NCBI GenBank assembly: GCA_050012475.1
Contig: JBEKHC010000025.1
Location: 1-53,539 of the forward strand
Length of the DNA stretch: 53,539 nucleotides
Direction: 5' to 3'
Source: Candidatus Velthaea sp.
Lineage (GTDB): Bacteria > Vulcanimicrobiota > Vulcanimicrobiia > Vulcanimicrobiales > Vulcanimicrobiaceae
The first letter of the stretch is position 1. Each line of letters starts with the position of its first letter. Both the position numbers and the translations under genes were made by a program. Below the pieces are notes generated by a model. It searched no databases. It had not been told where the DNA came from and worked only from the letters and a program-made list of their open reading frames with translations. Positions 1 through 9,141 of the stretch are shown piece by piece.

Positions 1-2
1 GT

Positions 3-119
3 CGCCGCGATCGATCGCGCGAGCTGCAGGGCCGGCGCTCCGGGCTCGACGCCGGCCCGGTTCTGGCCCACGTTTACGTCGACGAGCATGCGCAAGGCGA
101 TCCCGGCCGCTGCGGCGGC
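3..119 (-). other. Inverted internal fragment of a DSD1-family gene
   Basis: The minus strand translates to AAAAAGIALRMLVDVNVGQNRAGVEPGAPALQLARSIAA, the mid-protein VDxxxGxxRxGV motif of the same family. Confidence 0.75.
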
Positions 120-545
120 ACGGGAACCAGCCGGTTCGCCCTCGGCTACGAAGCGATCACCGACGTCCAGCCCGGTTCGTACGCGGTCATGGACGCCCAA
201 TACGGCGCGGTCGAAGGGCTCGGTTTCGGCTACGCCTTGACCGTGCTCGCAACCGTCATCAGCGTCCGCGGCAGCGTTGCCATTCTCGACGCAGGCTACA
301 AGTCGCTCAGTGACGATGCCGGACCGCCGCGGCTGCTCGCCGGCAGCGGCACGTTCACTTTCGCCGGCGACGAATTCGGAAAGCTCACGGCCGGCAGCAA
401 TGCCGTGCCCGGCGTCGGCGACAAAGTTCGTCTCATTCCGGGACACTGCGATACGACGATCAATCTGCACGACGAATACGTCGTTCATCGTGCGCAAGGG
501 GTTATCGACCGCTGGCCGATCGTCGCGCGCGGAAAAAGCCGCTGA
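114..545 (+). CDS. DSD1/D-threonine aldolase-family PLP-dependent enzyme, 3' part only
   Basis: Frame reads GGTGT...TDVQPGSYAVMD...LDAGYKSLSDD...GDEFGKL...LIPGHCDTTINLHD...WPIVARG, the typical C-terminus of this family. The 5' part is missing or inverted. Confidence 0.8.
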   Translation, partial: GGTGTSRFALGYEAITDVQPGSYAVMDAQYGAVEGLGFGYALTVLATVISVRGSVAILDAGYKSLSDDAGPPRLLAGSGTFTFAGDEFGKLTAGSNAVPGVGDKVRLIPGHCDTTINLHDEYVVHRAQGVIDRWPIVARGKSR

Positions 546-564
546 CGATTCGAAGGAGGCCGAG

Positions 565-1341
565 GTGCGTCAACAAACGAGCTTCGCCGTCTATCCGAGT
601 CTGCGCGAGCGGGTGGTCGTCGTCACCGGCGGCGGCTCGGGGATCGGCGCTGAGATCGTCGAGCAATTTGCCCGACAAGGCGCGCGCGTCGCCTTTCTCG
701 ATCGCGGCCTCGAGCCGGCGCAAGACCTCGTCGCCGCGCTGACCGGCAACGTCCCACACGTTCCGCACTTCCTGCCCTGCGACGTCACGCGGATCGCGGC
801 ACTGCGTGCGGCGCTCGCGCGAATCGACGAGGAGCTTGGCGCCGTGACCGTTTTGGTGAACAACGCCGCAAGCGACGATCGTCACATCACGGCCGAAATC
901 ACGCCGGAATACTGGGACGAACGGTTGGCCGTGAATCTACGGCACTATTTTTTCGCGATTCAGGCGGTCAGTGCCGGGATGACCGCAGCGGGCGGAGGAT
1001 CGATCGTAAACATCGGCTCGATCGCGTGGTTGATTCCATCGACGAACCAAGCTGCATACGTCACGGCAAAGGCCGGCATCGTCGGCCTCACGCGCTCGCT
1101 GGCCCATGAACTGGGCGCGGCGAACATCCGCGTCAATTGCGTGCTGCCCGGCGCGATCATGACCGAACGTCAACGCCGGTTATGGGTTACGCCCGAGTAT
1201 GCGGCAAAAATTCGTGCCGCGCAGGCGCTCAAACGCGAGCTGCTGCCTGACGACGTGGCACGGCTGGTGCTGTTTTTGAGTGCCGACGACAGTTCGGGAA
1301 TGACGAGCCAAAGTTATATCGTCGACGGGGGATGGGTTTAG
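565..1341 (+). CDS. SDR oxidoreductase, D-xylose 1-dehydrogenase-like
   Basis: GGAGG SD followed by GTG at 565; AVYPSL..VVVVTGGGSGIG, NNAA, YxxxK (YVTAK), VDGGWV end. Confidence 0.85.
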   Translation: MRQQTSFAVYPSLRERVVVVTGGGSGIGAEIVEQFARQGARVAFLDRGLEPAQDLVAALTGNVPHVPHFLPCDVTRIAALRAALARIDEELGAVTVLVNNAASDDRHITAEITPEYWDERLAVNLRHYFFAIQAVSAGMTAAGGGSIVNIGSIAWLIPSTNQAAYVTAKAGIVGLTRSLAHELGAANIRVNCVLPGAIMTERQRRLWVTPEYAAKIRAAQALKRELLPDDVARLVLFLSADDSSGMTSQSYIVDGGWV

Positions 1342-1498
1342 ACGCGTCTCGGCTGTGCGGGTTTACCGAGCGAAGCCGAGGCACACCCAGAAGCCGCAGG
1401 CGGAGGCATCCATCCAGGCCGCAGAGCGCTCGCGTTGAAGTCATCATCTGCATGAAACCGGCGCGAAGCCGGGACGACTCCACGGGAGAACAGCTACT

Positions 1499-2011
1499 TT
1501 GTCGATGACGTATGTTGAGGCGATCAGCGAATTTCAGAAACGCAGCATCAATGCGCTAAAAGTCGCACAGTCAACACAAATTGCATCGCTTCGAGCCACG
1601 CGCGACTACGCCGCGGCGTTCGTCGCACCGCCGATGGCGTTGTGGATCGCGTGTTCCAAGAGCTTCGCCGACACGCTTGCGATACCGGTGCGAGCGCTGA
1701 CCCCGACGGCGCCCGAGCCTCCGCAGCACGCCGGCTCGATGCCCGCACCCGCCGTTCCAACTCCCGCGACTGAAGCCGTCACTCCGGCCCGGCCGGTCGA
1801 CGTCGCTTACGTCGCGCCGGCGGTCGAGGTTGCCGACAGCGCGCCGGCGGTCGAGGTTGCCGACAGCGCGCCGGCGGTCAAGGCGCAGCCGGCGAAGGCG
1901 CCGGTCGCAGCGGAGCCAGTTACGAAAAAGCTCAAGGTTACAGCAAAGAAGACCAAGCCGGGGCCGCCGTCAAACGATCGCGTTCGCTCCAAACGCGCCC
2001 CGGGCAAGTAG
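1499..2011 (+). CDS. Hypothetical protein with amphipathic N-terminus and Ala/Pro/Lys-rich tail
   Basis: GGAGA upstream; 170-aa ORF containing an in-frame 27-bp tandem repeat. Confidence 0.6.
   Translation: MSMTYVEAISEFQKRSINALKVAQSTQIASLRATRDYAAAFVAPPMALWIACSKSFADTLAIPVRALTPTAPEPPQHAGSMPAPAVPTPATEAVTPARPVDVAYVAPAVEVADSAPAVEVADSAPAVKAQPAKAPVAAEPVTKKLKVTAKKTKPGPPSNDRVRSKRAPGK
1814..1879 (+). repeat. 27-bp coding tandem repeat, about 2.4 copies (APAVEVADS)
   Basis: gcgccggcggtcgaggttgccgacagc occurs twice exactly, plus a partial third copy. Confidence 0.95.
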
Positions 2012-2020
2012 CGACACCGG

Positions 2021-2188
2021 CTACTCGCGGCGTGCGGCGCGAAGCGCCGAACGGTGCGGGGCCGCCGCGACGTGCTTTATACGCGCTGCTTTCGCAGCGG
2101 CGCTATCTGCAAACAATTCGAGCGTGCGACAAACCGCACATTCGAATCCATGCCGTTTGCCGCTGCGAACCATTTTTATCGAGGGCAT
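2021..2188 (-). CDS. Small putative zinc-binding protein
   Basis: MPSIKMVRSGKRHGFECAVCRTLELF...KHVAAAPH has CxxC...H...H. Start may be 2188 or 2197. Confidence 0.45.
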   Translation of the reverse strand: MPSIKMVRSGKRHGFECAVCRTLELFADSAAAKAARIKHVAAAPHRSALRAARRE

Positions 2189-2449
2189 CGTGCCCATCGG
2201 GTTTGTCGCGTCCGAGCGGGGACCTTCGCAAACCAGAGAGCGGGCGATGTGCACTGCGCACATCGCCCGCTCTTCCGGTTTCGCTAACTCGTCACGCTAT
2301 TCGATCAGGCAGAAAACTTGGGAGGGTGTCGGGGTTCAGCCCAGCGAGAGGATGGGTGTGCGCCCACACCCATCCGCGCAGCGAAGCCGCAAAACGCTAC
2401 GCGCGACTTGGGGGAAGCCCCCAAATGCGACGGCGGCTTGCGCGAAGCT

Positions 2450-2689
2450 CTAGAGATCCGTCCCCAGCTTGTAGAACGCCGCGCGTCGGGCGTCCGCATT
2501 CTCCTGTTCGAAGGTTGCTTGACGCGCGGCTTTCCAGTCGCTCGTCGTCGACATCGAAACGTTGGTTGCGGCAGGGGTCTGCGGCGTAGCGGCTGTTTGA
2601 GCGAACGCATCGACACCAGTCGAAACGATGCCGGCAACTAGCGCCGCTGCAACAGCCAGACGTTGTACTTTGTGCGAATTCATGGTCAT
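2450..2689 (-). CDS. Small secreted hypothetical protein
   Basis: Signal-peptide-like N-terminus ending AFA|Q; AGGA upstream. Confidence 0.65.
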   Translation of the reverse strand: MTMNSHKVQRLAVAAALVAGIVSTGVDAFAQTAATPQTPAATNVSMSTTSDWKAARQATFEQENADARRAAFYKLGTDL

Positions 2690-3106
2690 TGGTAATCCTA
2701 CTTTTTTACGGTAAATCGTTTGAATGCGAGCGGGTCGATTGGGAGTGCATTCATACGATCATATCCGCAAGAACCAAAGCAACAACGCGAAGGTGCCACC
2801 GGATGCAAAAAAACGTCCGGAGAGTTATGCCGCGTTGCAACGGCACTCGGCGAACGAAACGTTCTTCGTCGCAGACTCGCATGACGAAAGTGCGTTTCAG
2901 ATTTAAACATGTTACGCTCACATGAGGTGCGTTATTTGCAGCGCTCGGCCGCACGCAGGCACGCTCGGCGCTCGTGGTGTGTCTCAGAAGTTCAATGCAA
3001 TAGACCACGGAGAACGACGATGAGCCGAGCGAAAGATACCGGCGCACGTTGCACGATTTCCGCTAATGAGCCGCGTAGCGACGGCATCCAGGGCTAATGA
3101 GCAGCC

Positions 3107-3355
3107 CTAGCCGCCGCGCGGTGCACGCGCGGCGTAGTTGAATGTGCCGGACTTCCATTCGCAAACGCTGCCGTCGCGCATGACGAACGACTCGCAGCCG
3201 TCGACCTCGGCATTAAAGCCTTCGTTCAATTGCTTCGTGCGCGGCCAATCGACGTTTTCATCCTTGCGCGCTGCCGCCCGCGCCTTGACGTACGAAAATT
3301 GCGGCGATTTCGTGAGGGCGTTGAGCGCCCGCGCCAACGACTGGGCTTGAATCAT
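3107..3355 (-). CDS. Small hypothetical protein
   Basis: The distal part of ORF 3107-3547 has protein-like composition (MIQAQSLARALNALTK...FVMRDGSVCEW) and is divergent from the HAD gene. Confidence 0.55.
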   Translation of the reverse strand: MIQAQSLARALNALTKSPQFSYVKARAAARKDENVDWPRTKQLNEGFNAEVDGCESFVMRDGSVCEWKSGTFNYAARAPRGG

Positions 3356-3446
3356 GACGGCCTGCATTCGGTACCGCAGGCAAGCCGTCCGCCAAGCCCG
3401 CTGGGCGCAAGATGCTGCTCCCTCGGCGCGGAACGTATCGAACGCG

Positions 3447-4139
3447 ATGCAAGCAAACCACGCGCTGCAGCCCGCGGCGATCGTCTTCGACCTCTTTGGA
3501 ACGCTGCTGGATATCGCCTCGCTTGGTACGGCGGCGGCGCGGCACACCAGCGATGCGGCTGCATTCGTGGCGACCTGGCGCGAAAAACAGCTGGCCTACG
3601 CGTTCGCCGCCACGATCATGGATCGCTACGAAAACTTCGATGCGCTCACCGAGCGGGCGCTGCGCTACGCGGCAGCACGCCACGGGCTAACTCTCGATGC
3701 GCACGAGTTTGAAGCGCTTGCCGCCGAATGGTGCCGGGCGCAACCGTTTAACGACGCGCAATCCGCACTGGCGCAACTGCGCGAACGCGGCCTGCGCTGC
3801 GCCGTCTTGACCAACGGCACGCCCGCCACGGCCCGCGCCGCATTGGATGCATCCGGTCTGAGCGGGAGCATCGAGGTTACCTTGAGCGTCGAATCGGTAC
3901 GCGCCTACAAGCCGGCAGCGCGTGTGTACGCGCTCGCGACGGCGCACTACGCAGCGCTGCCCGAGCAGCTCGTTTTCGTAACGTCGAACGGTTGGGACGC
4001 TACCGGTGCGGCAAACTTCGGCTTGCGCGTCGTCTGGTGCAATCGGACGGGTGCGCCGGCCGAGACGTTCGGCGCCGCGCCGTACCGGACGATTTCCGGC
4101 TTGCACGACTTGCCGAACGTGCTGGCCCAAGTCCCTTAG
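3447..4139 (+). CDS. Haloacid dehalogenase type II (HAD family)
   Basis: FDLFGTLLD, WREKQL, LTNG, YKPAARVY and VTSNGWD motifs. Confidence 0.9.
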   Translation: MQANHALQPAAIVFDLFGTLLDIASLGTAAARHTSDAAAFVATWREKQLAYAFAATIMDRYENFDALTERALRYAAARHGLTLDAHEFEALAAEWCRAQPFNDAQSALAQLRERGLRCAVLTNGTPATARAALDASGLSGSIEVTLSVESVRAYKPAARVYALATAHYAALPEQLVFVTSNGWDATGAANFGLRVVWCNRTGAPAETFGAAPYRTISGLHDLPNVLAQVP

Positions 4140-4155
4140 CGCATCGCAGCGGCCG

Positions 4156-4563
4156 TCAGCGTCCGGCGAGCGCCTCGAGCGGCGCAACTTCGGCGGCGGC
4201 AAACGTCAACTCGATGTTGAGCCCGTTGGGGTCGGTCAAGAAGATCTGCAAATCGCCGTTGCGCGGAACGATGCATTCGCGCGCCGGGACACCGAGGCGC
4301 GCAACGCGTTCACGCATCGCGCCAAGACCCTCGACGCGAAACGCGATATGATCGACCGACCCGGTGTCCCCGGTCCGCGCGTCAGCTGGTCCGAGTCCGG
4401 TTACGTGGATCACGGCCACGCGATCGTCGTAGAGCCACAAGCCGGGAAAGTCAAACGGCGGCCGGTCGCCGACGCGCAATCCGACGACATCGACGTAGAA
4501 TCGGCGCGTCGCCTCCAGGTCGTGCGTGCGGACGTTGACATGGTCGAGTCGCTGAACGTGCAT
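4156..4563 (-). CDS. VOC/glyoxalase family protein
   Basis: LDHVNV..DLEATRRFY, DHIAF, FLTDPNGLNIEL; AAGGAG SD. Confidence 0.9.
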   Translation of the reverse strand: MHVQRLDHVNVRTHDLEATRRFYVDVVGLRVGDRPPFDFPGLWLYDDRVAVIHVTGLGPADARTGDTGSVDHIAFRVEGLGAMRERVARLGVPARECIVPRNGDLQIFLTDPNGLNIELTFAAAEVAPLEALAGR

Positions 4564-4620
4564 CGAATCTCTCCTTCAACAGGCGTTCGAGACGGGGTCG
4601 GGATTCGAGCCTTGCAACCC

Positions 4621-5271
4621 CTAAAAACGTTCGACGGTTCGGCGAACCTTGGTTTGGGCGGCCGGTTCCAAATCAGCCAGTCCGTCCGCGGCAATCGCGC
4701 GCTCGGTCGGATCTTCGGCGTTGAGCGCAGCGCGAAATGTTCCGGCAGCGACGCGACTGTGGCAAGCCGTGAGGGCCGTCAACGCCGCTTGACGATGGCT
4801 CGGGCGTTGTTCCTCTTGATAGGCCTGCGCCAAGAGCGGAACGCACCACTCCTTGGCAACAACGCCCAGATCGCCGATGAGCCGCAGCCGCGCGGTGTCG
4901 TCGAGCGCCTCCGAGCGCGAATCGAATTGCCGGCACCAGCGGATTTCACCGGGCGGCGTGGCCGCTGCGGCGGCGGCCGGCTCGGAATCCTCGTCGAACA
5001 GCGGGACCGCGGAAGCGGGCGGCCCAGAAGCCGTTGATGGCACCGGTTCCTCAGCAACCACAGGGTCGGGAGCCGAGCGCGGAGCGGGCGGCCTTTCGGG
5101 GACCGTCTGCTGAGCGCTCGGCTCCGTCAACGGTTTGAGTTTGAGCCCGGCCAGCCGCGGAACGGCCTGTTCGCGGGGCACGCGGTTTCCGCCCCGCATC
5201 GCGTAAATGATGTACGCGGCGATCGCAGCCGCCAGCAGCAGTACCAGAACGAGGACGTCGACGGAATCCAT
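4621..5271 (-). CDS. Membrane-anchored protein with HEAT-like C-terminal repeats
   Basis: N-terminal TM helix, Pro-rich linker, then helical repeats (VPLLAQAY..., RQAALTAL, ERAIAADGL). Confidence 0.75.
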   Translation of the reverse strand: MDSVDVLVLVLLLAAAIAAYIIYAMRGGNRVPREQAVPRLAGLKLKPLTEPSAQQTVPERPPAPRSAPDPVVAEEPVPSTASGPPASAVPLFDEDSEPAAAAAATPPGEIRWCRQFDSRSEALDDTARLRLIGDLGVVAKEWCVPLLAQAYQEEQRPSHRQAALTALTACHSRVAAGTFRAALNAEDPTERAIAADGLADLEPAAQTKVRRTVERF

Positions 5272-5274
5272 GAG

Positions 5275-8200
5275 CTAGTTCAACACTCGCTGCTGCTCGG
5301 CCAACGTGCGCACGACGGATTCGCGCGCCTCATCGAGCAATGGGTCGACCGGCTCTTTGAGCGCCGCCTCGAACGCGGCGGCGTCCAGATCCGCCCGCTT
5401 CGTCAATTCTGCCAGTAGCGCGTCGCGATAGCCGGTGAATTCCGTCAACACGCCGCCGTCGCGCTCCAAGCTCGTGCCGATCAATCGCGTCATCACGAGC
5501 CACGGCGCGGCCGTTGCAAGATTGTCCCGGCCGAGCTCGGCGATTGCCTGACCAAGCATCGCATGATCGAGCTTTTGCGCCAACCGAAGTCCCGAACGCA
5601 ACGACGCGCGTTCGGTTTTCTCGACGGCGAGTTCCTCGACGAGCGCGACAAGCGACGCGCGCAGTTCAGGCGTTTCGACGTCGCCGGTCGCCAGCGGGAA
5701 GTCCGGCAACCGGACTTTGATGAACAGCCGGTCGGCGTGCTCCCCAAGCATCTCGCGATGGCTGCGCAGCCGGGCCCGCAACAGGCGGTCGCCGCCGCTA
5801 ACCCGATCCGGGAACAGCGCGCGCAGCGCCAGCAAATGCGCGACGATCCCGCCGACGCGGGTTTGCTCCAAGTATTGCACCGCCCAAGCGAGATGTTCGT
5901 CCGATAGTTCGAGCGAGACCGTCGTCGCCGGCGGTTCCGGAGTGTCGAGGGGCGAGGGCGGAGCCGGCTCGGGATTCGCGGCGGCCGCCGGAACGGGGGC
6001 CAGGCCCGAACCCGGCACGTCGTTTCCGGAACCGAGCTGCGCATATTCGATCGTCGTAATCGGTTCGGGCTCGGACGCGTAGCCGCCGAGCGCGCTCTGA
6101 CCGTGACCGTTCGCGCGAACCGGAATGGCCGGCCGCAACTCGACGTACGCCGGTCCGAAGCTGCCGATTTCGGTGCGCGTCGTGAGCGTGTTGGTCCGCG
6201 CCGGCGCCGCGATTGCGCCCAGAACCGAGAAGGGCAATTCGGGTTCGACGATCGGGATCGCCGACGTCGAGCGTACGCGAATCGGCGCGGCGGCGATCGT
6301 GATATCGGGCGCTTCGTCCCAATGAACCGTGGCACTCGTTTCGATCGGCGTCGCGGGCGGCAGCGGAATGTTCACGATCACGCGCCAGCGCGCGATGACT
6401 TCCACGCCCGCACCGACGTCGGCCAGCGCGAGTCCGGCGTCGCTCAAGAGCGGCGATGTGCCTGAGTAGTCTTGGAGCGCAATGCCGTTGACCGTCGTGC
6501 TGCCGGGCGCGTAGACCGCGTTGGACAACGCGGCGACGCGCGCGGTGAGGCGCTTCGCCGCGCCGTCACCGCAATTGCGCAACGACAGCGTGTAGGTGAT
6601 CTCCGCCCCCGCATCGATCGTATCGGTCGGCGTCGATGCGAGCGTAGCGCCCTCCGCAAACGACGCTTCGGCATGGGTCGCCAGTTCGATCGGGACCAAG
6701 GCGAACGGAACGACGTTGAGGCCGCCGACGCGCGCCGAGATGGCCAAGACATCGGCGCCGGAAACCACTCCCAGCAGGCGCAAACGCAGGACGGCCTCAC
6801 GCGTCTCCCCGGCCGGGATATCGCCGAAAACAACCGCGTTGCCGTCGCGCGATGCGTCGTCGACGGACTCCAGGCGCAGTTCCTCGGGCAGCCGGAGCAC
6901 GACGCGCACGTCGCGCCCGCGATCGGTACCTTCGTTCGTCAGCACGAGCCGGCAGGTACCGGTCCGATTCGGCCGCAGCGTCTCATCGCCGTCGTTCACG
7001 ATCCGCGACGTCGCCGCCGAAAACTTCGGCCGCGAAGCGACGACGTGCAGCGGTGCGCCCAGTTCCACCCGCGGAATCTGCGCGGTGATCAGCGCCGCAT
7101 GCAGCCGGAGCTGGGTTTGGTCTTCGATCAGTCCGGCGACTCGGCCGTCGACGCGCAGCGAGCGCGCAACGCCCGGCTCGAGGTTGTCGAGCGCGACCGT
7201 CCCGTCTTCGCCGACGGCGATCTCCGTATCGTTTTCGCAGACGCGCAGACGTTCCACGCCGTCATCCGCAGCGAGCGAGAGCCGTACGTCGGTCGCGACG
7301 TCGGTCCCCATGTTTTGCAGCGCGATGGTGTAGCCGACCGGCTCGCCGGGCCCGACCCGCTGGGCCGTCTCGCGTTCAACGTTGTTGAAGCCCAGCGGAA
7401 AGCGCGGAGCGGAACGCGACACGATCGTGCGCTCGAATTTGCGTTGGCCTTTGGACCACGCAACGCTCGCGGTGACGCGCAGTTCGTGACGGTCGGGGAT
7501 CGGCGCGGCAACGACCGCGCAGACCCCGACTTCCACCGACCGGCCTGGTTCGAGTTCGCCGATCTCGATCGCGTCCGGCACGGCGCCGCGATCGGCCGCT
7601 GGCGCGTCGTCGATCGTCAACGAACTCGGCGTATAGACCAAGCCCTCGGGCAGCACGATTTTCAGCGCCAGCTTCCGCGCCCGCGCGGTTCCTACGTTCT
7701 TGGCCCGCAGCACGACCCGCACGCGCCGGCCCGATTCGACTTCTTCTTCGGATTCGACCCGCAGGGCGGTTTCATCGCCGCCGAACGCCGCGGTCGACGG
7801 AACCTTCACACTCACCGGCGGCAGCGCGAACTCGGCGACTTCCTGCGAGCAAACCGCGCCGTTGGCCGTGATCGGCGTTGCATCTTCGAGCGGCGTGTCG
7901 ACGCGCACGCGGTAGCCGATGTCGATGGTCGTGCCCGGACCGAGCATCGGCGTGACGATCGTCGGGCGGGCAAACCCGAACGGCTCGGTCTCGGAGCCCG
8001 CCGCAACACAACGGCCTTCGATCGTGACGCTGTTGGCGGAGAACGTCGTGTGCGCCGGCACCGGCAGCAGGACGACGAGATCGTGCGCGCTGCTCTGACC
8101 CGAGTTGTGAACGCGCGCGTTGAGCTGCAGCTCTTCGCCCGGGACCGCTTCGCGCACCGCTGCGATCGTGAGCGTCGTCTTTGGATTTTGCAAGACGGGC

Positions 8201-8649
8201 CGGCTATTGACGAGGAGCCGGACGATATTCGATCCGATCACCGGCACGTCGAACGAGGCGATGGCGGCTTGCAGCGTTACCGGCGTTCCGTTTTCGATCG
8301 TCGTCGCAACCGTGTAGGCCAGCGCGATGCGGCGCTCGCCGCCGGCGGGAATTTCGCCGATGTCGGCACCCGACGTCTGCAGCAGCGTGGTCAGACCGCC
8401 GCGCTCGTCGAGCGGGGTATCGTCGATACGCGCCGTTCCCACGAGGTACGTCAAACCTTCGGGCAAGCGAAAGCGAACGCGAAAGCCGCTCGCGGTGCCG
8501 CCGCCCAAATTGCGAAACGTAAACGCAGCATGGACGGTCGTGCCGGGCTCGATCACCCGGCTGGGAGCAACCTCCAGCGTCCGCAAGCCTTCAGGAAGCA
8601 GCGGACCGCGCGGGGCGAAAACCTCAGAGAGCGTGCGCATGATTGGCAT
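5275..8649 (-). CDS. Large DUF11-like (Ig-fold) repeat protein
   Basis: Six repeats of PG..V.Y....N.G...A..V....LP.G..Y..GS..I, then a Pro-rich linker and a helical C-domain; GGAGA SD. Confidence 0.85.
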   Translation of the reverse strand: MPIMRTLSEVFAPRGPLLPEGLRTLEVAPSRVIEPGTTVHAAFTFRNLGGGTASGFRVRFRLPEGLTYLVGTARIDDTPLDERGGLTTLLQTSGADIGEIPAGGERRIALAYTVATTIENGTPVTLQAAIASFDVPVIGSNIVRLLVNSRPVLQNPKTTLTIAAVREAVPGEELQLNARVHNSGQSSAHDLVVLLPVPAHTTFSANSVTIEGRCVAAGSETEPFGFARPTIVTPMLGPGTTIDIGYRVRVDTPLEDATPITANGAVCSQEVAEFALPPVSVKVPSTAAFGGDETALRVESEEEVESGRRVRVVLRAKNVGTARARKLALKIVLPEGLVYTPSSLTIDDAPAADRGAVPDAIEIGELEPGRSVEVGVCAVVAAPIPDRHELRVTASVAWSKGQRKFERTIVSRSAPRFPLGFNNVERETAQRVGPGEPVGYTIALQNMGTDVATDVRLSLAADDGVERLRVCENDTEIAVGEDGTVALDNLEPGVARSLRVDGRVAGLIEDQTQLRLHAALITAQIPRVELGAPLHVVASRPKFSAATSRIVNDGDETLRPNRTGTCRLVLTNEGTDRGRDVRVVLRLPEELRLESVDDASRDGNAVVFGDIPAGETREAVLRLRLLGVVSGADVLAISARVGGLNVVPFALVPIELATHAEASFAEGATLASTPTDTIDAGAEITYTLSLRNCGDGAAKRLTARVAALSNAVYAPGSTTVNGIALQDYSGTSPLLSDAGLALADVGAGVEVIARWRVIVNIPLPPATPIETSATVHWDEAPDITIAAAPIRVRSTSAIPIVEPELPFSVLGAIAAPARTNTLTTRTEIGSFGPAYVELRPAIPVRANGHGQSALGGYASEPEPITTIEYAQLGSGNDVPGSGLAPVPAAAANPEPAPPSPLDTPEPPATTVSLELSDEHLAWAVQYLEQTRVGGIVAHLLALRALFPDRVSGGDRLLRARLRSHREMLGEHADRLFIKVRLPDFPLATGDVETPELRASLVALVEELAVEKTERASLRSGLRLAQKLDHAMLGQAIAELGRDNLATAAPWLVMTRLIGTSLERDGGVLTEFTGYRDALLAELTKRADLDAAAFEAALKEPVDPLLDEARESVVRTLAEQQRVLN

Positions 8650-8690
8650 TTCTCCGTGTCGCCGACTTTCCCGACCTCAACAAGCGCAGG

Positions 8691-8999
8691 TTATGCCTTG
8701 AAACCGTGGGTAGCCGCGCGAACTTCGGGGATGAAGTGTTCGGCGCGTAACACCATGACGTCGCTGACGAGCAGTATGTTCGCGCGTTCGTTAAGCGATG
8801 GTAAGACCGCCGCAAGGATCGCATCGAGATGTTCCTCGGTGACGACCGTGACCAAAACCACCATGCCTCGTTCGCGAAAACCGTGCTCGCCTAGACCTGT
8901 CGCGCCCGGCACCAGCGTATAGCCCGTCGCATGCTTTTCGATGATCTTCACGAGCGCATCGACTCGTTGCTCTTCGACAACGATTTCGATGCGCTTCAT
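8691..8999 (-). CDS. PII-superfamily protein (SbtB/DUF190-like)
   Basis: MKRIEIVVEE...ATGYT...G.GEHG...VSDV.VLRAEHF pattern. Confidence 0.8.
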   Translation of the reverse strand: MKRIEIVVEEQRVDALVKIIEKHATGYTLVPGATGLGEHGFRERGMVVLVTVVTEEHLDAILAAVLPSLNERANILLVSDVMVLRAEHFIPEVRAATHGFKA

Positions 9000-9141
9000 C
9001 TTACTCAAGAATCGCTCGCGGCGCATGCGCGATGCCTCCAGGTCAGCCTTGGCCTGTAATATGCGCCCTCAGGGCAACCTGCACCCGCTGCGAAAGTCAG
9101 GTTCTCAGGCGGCTCACAGCCGGGGCCGATAGAAATCGGCT

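Noticed and set aside
1450..1495. c-di-GMP-I-like hairpin GAAACCGGC-GCGAA-GCCGGGACG
   Set aside because: Resembles P2 only; the following CAAAGC and the P3/tetraloop receptor are missing.
4570..4620. tRNA-like fragment (GTTCGAG, GATTCGAG)
   Set aside because: No cloverleaf; this is the short spacer carrying the VOC gene SD.
6472..8922. Long antisense ORFs (also 13780-15894, 9804-11303, 43402-44820 and others)
   Set aside because: They are shadows of well-supported genes in high-GC DNA; Arg-rich with no motifs.
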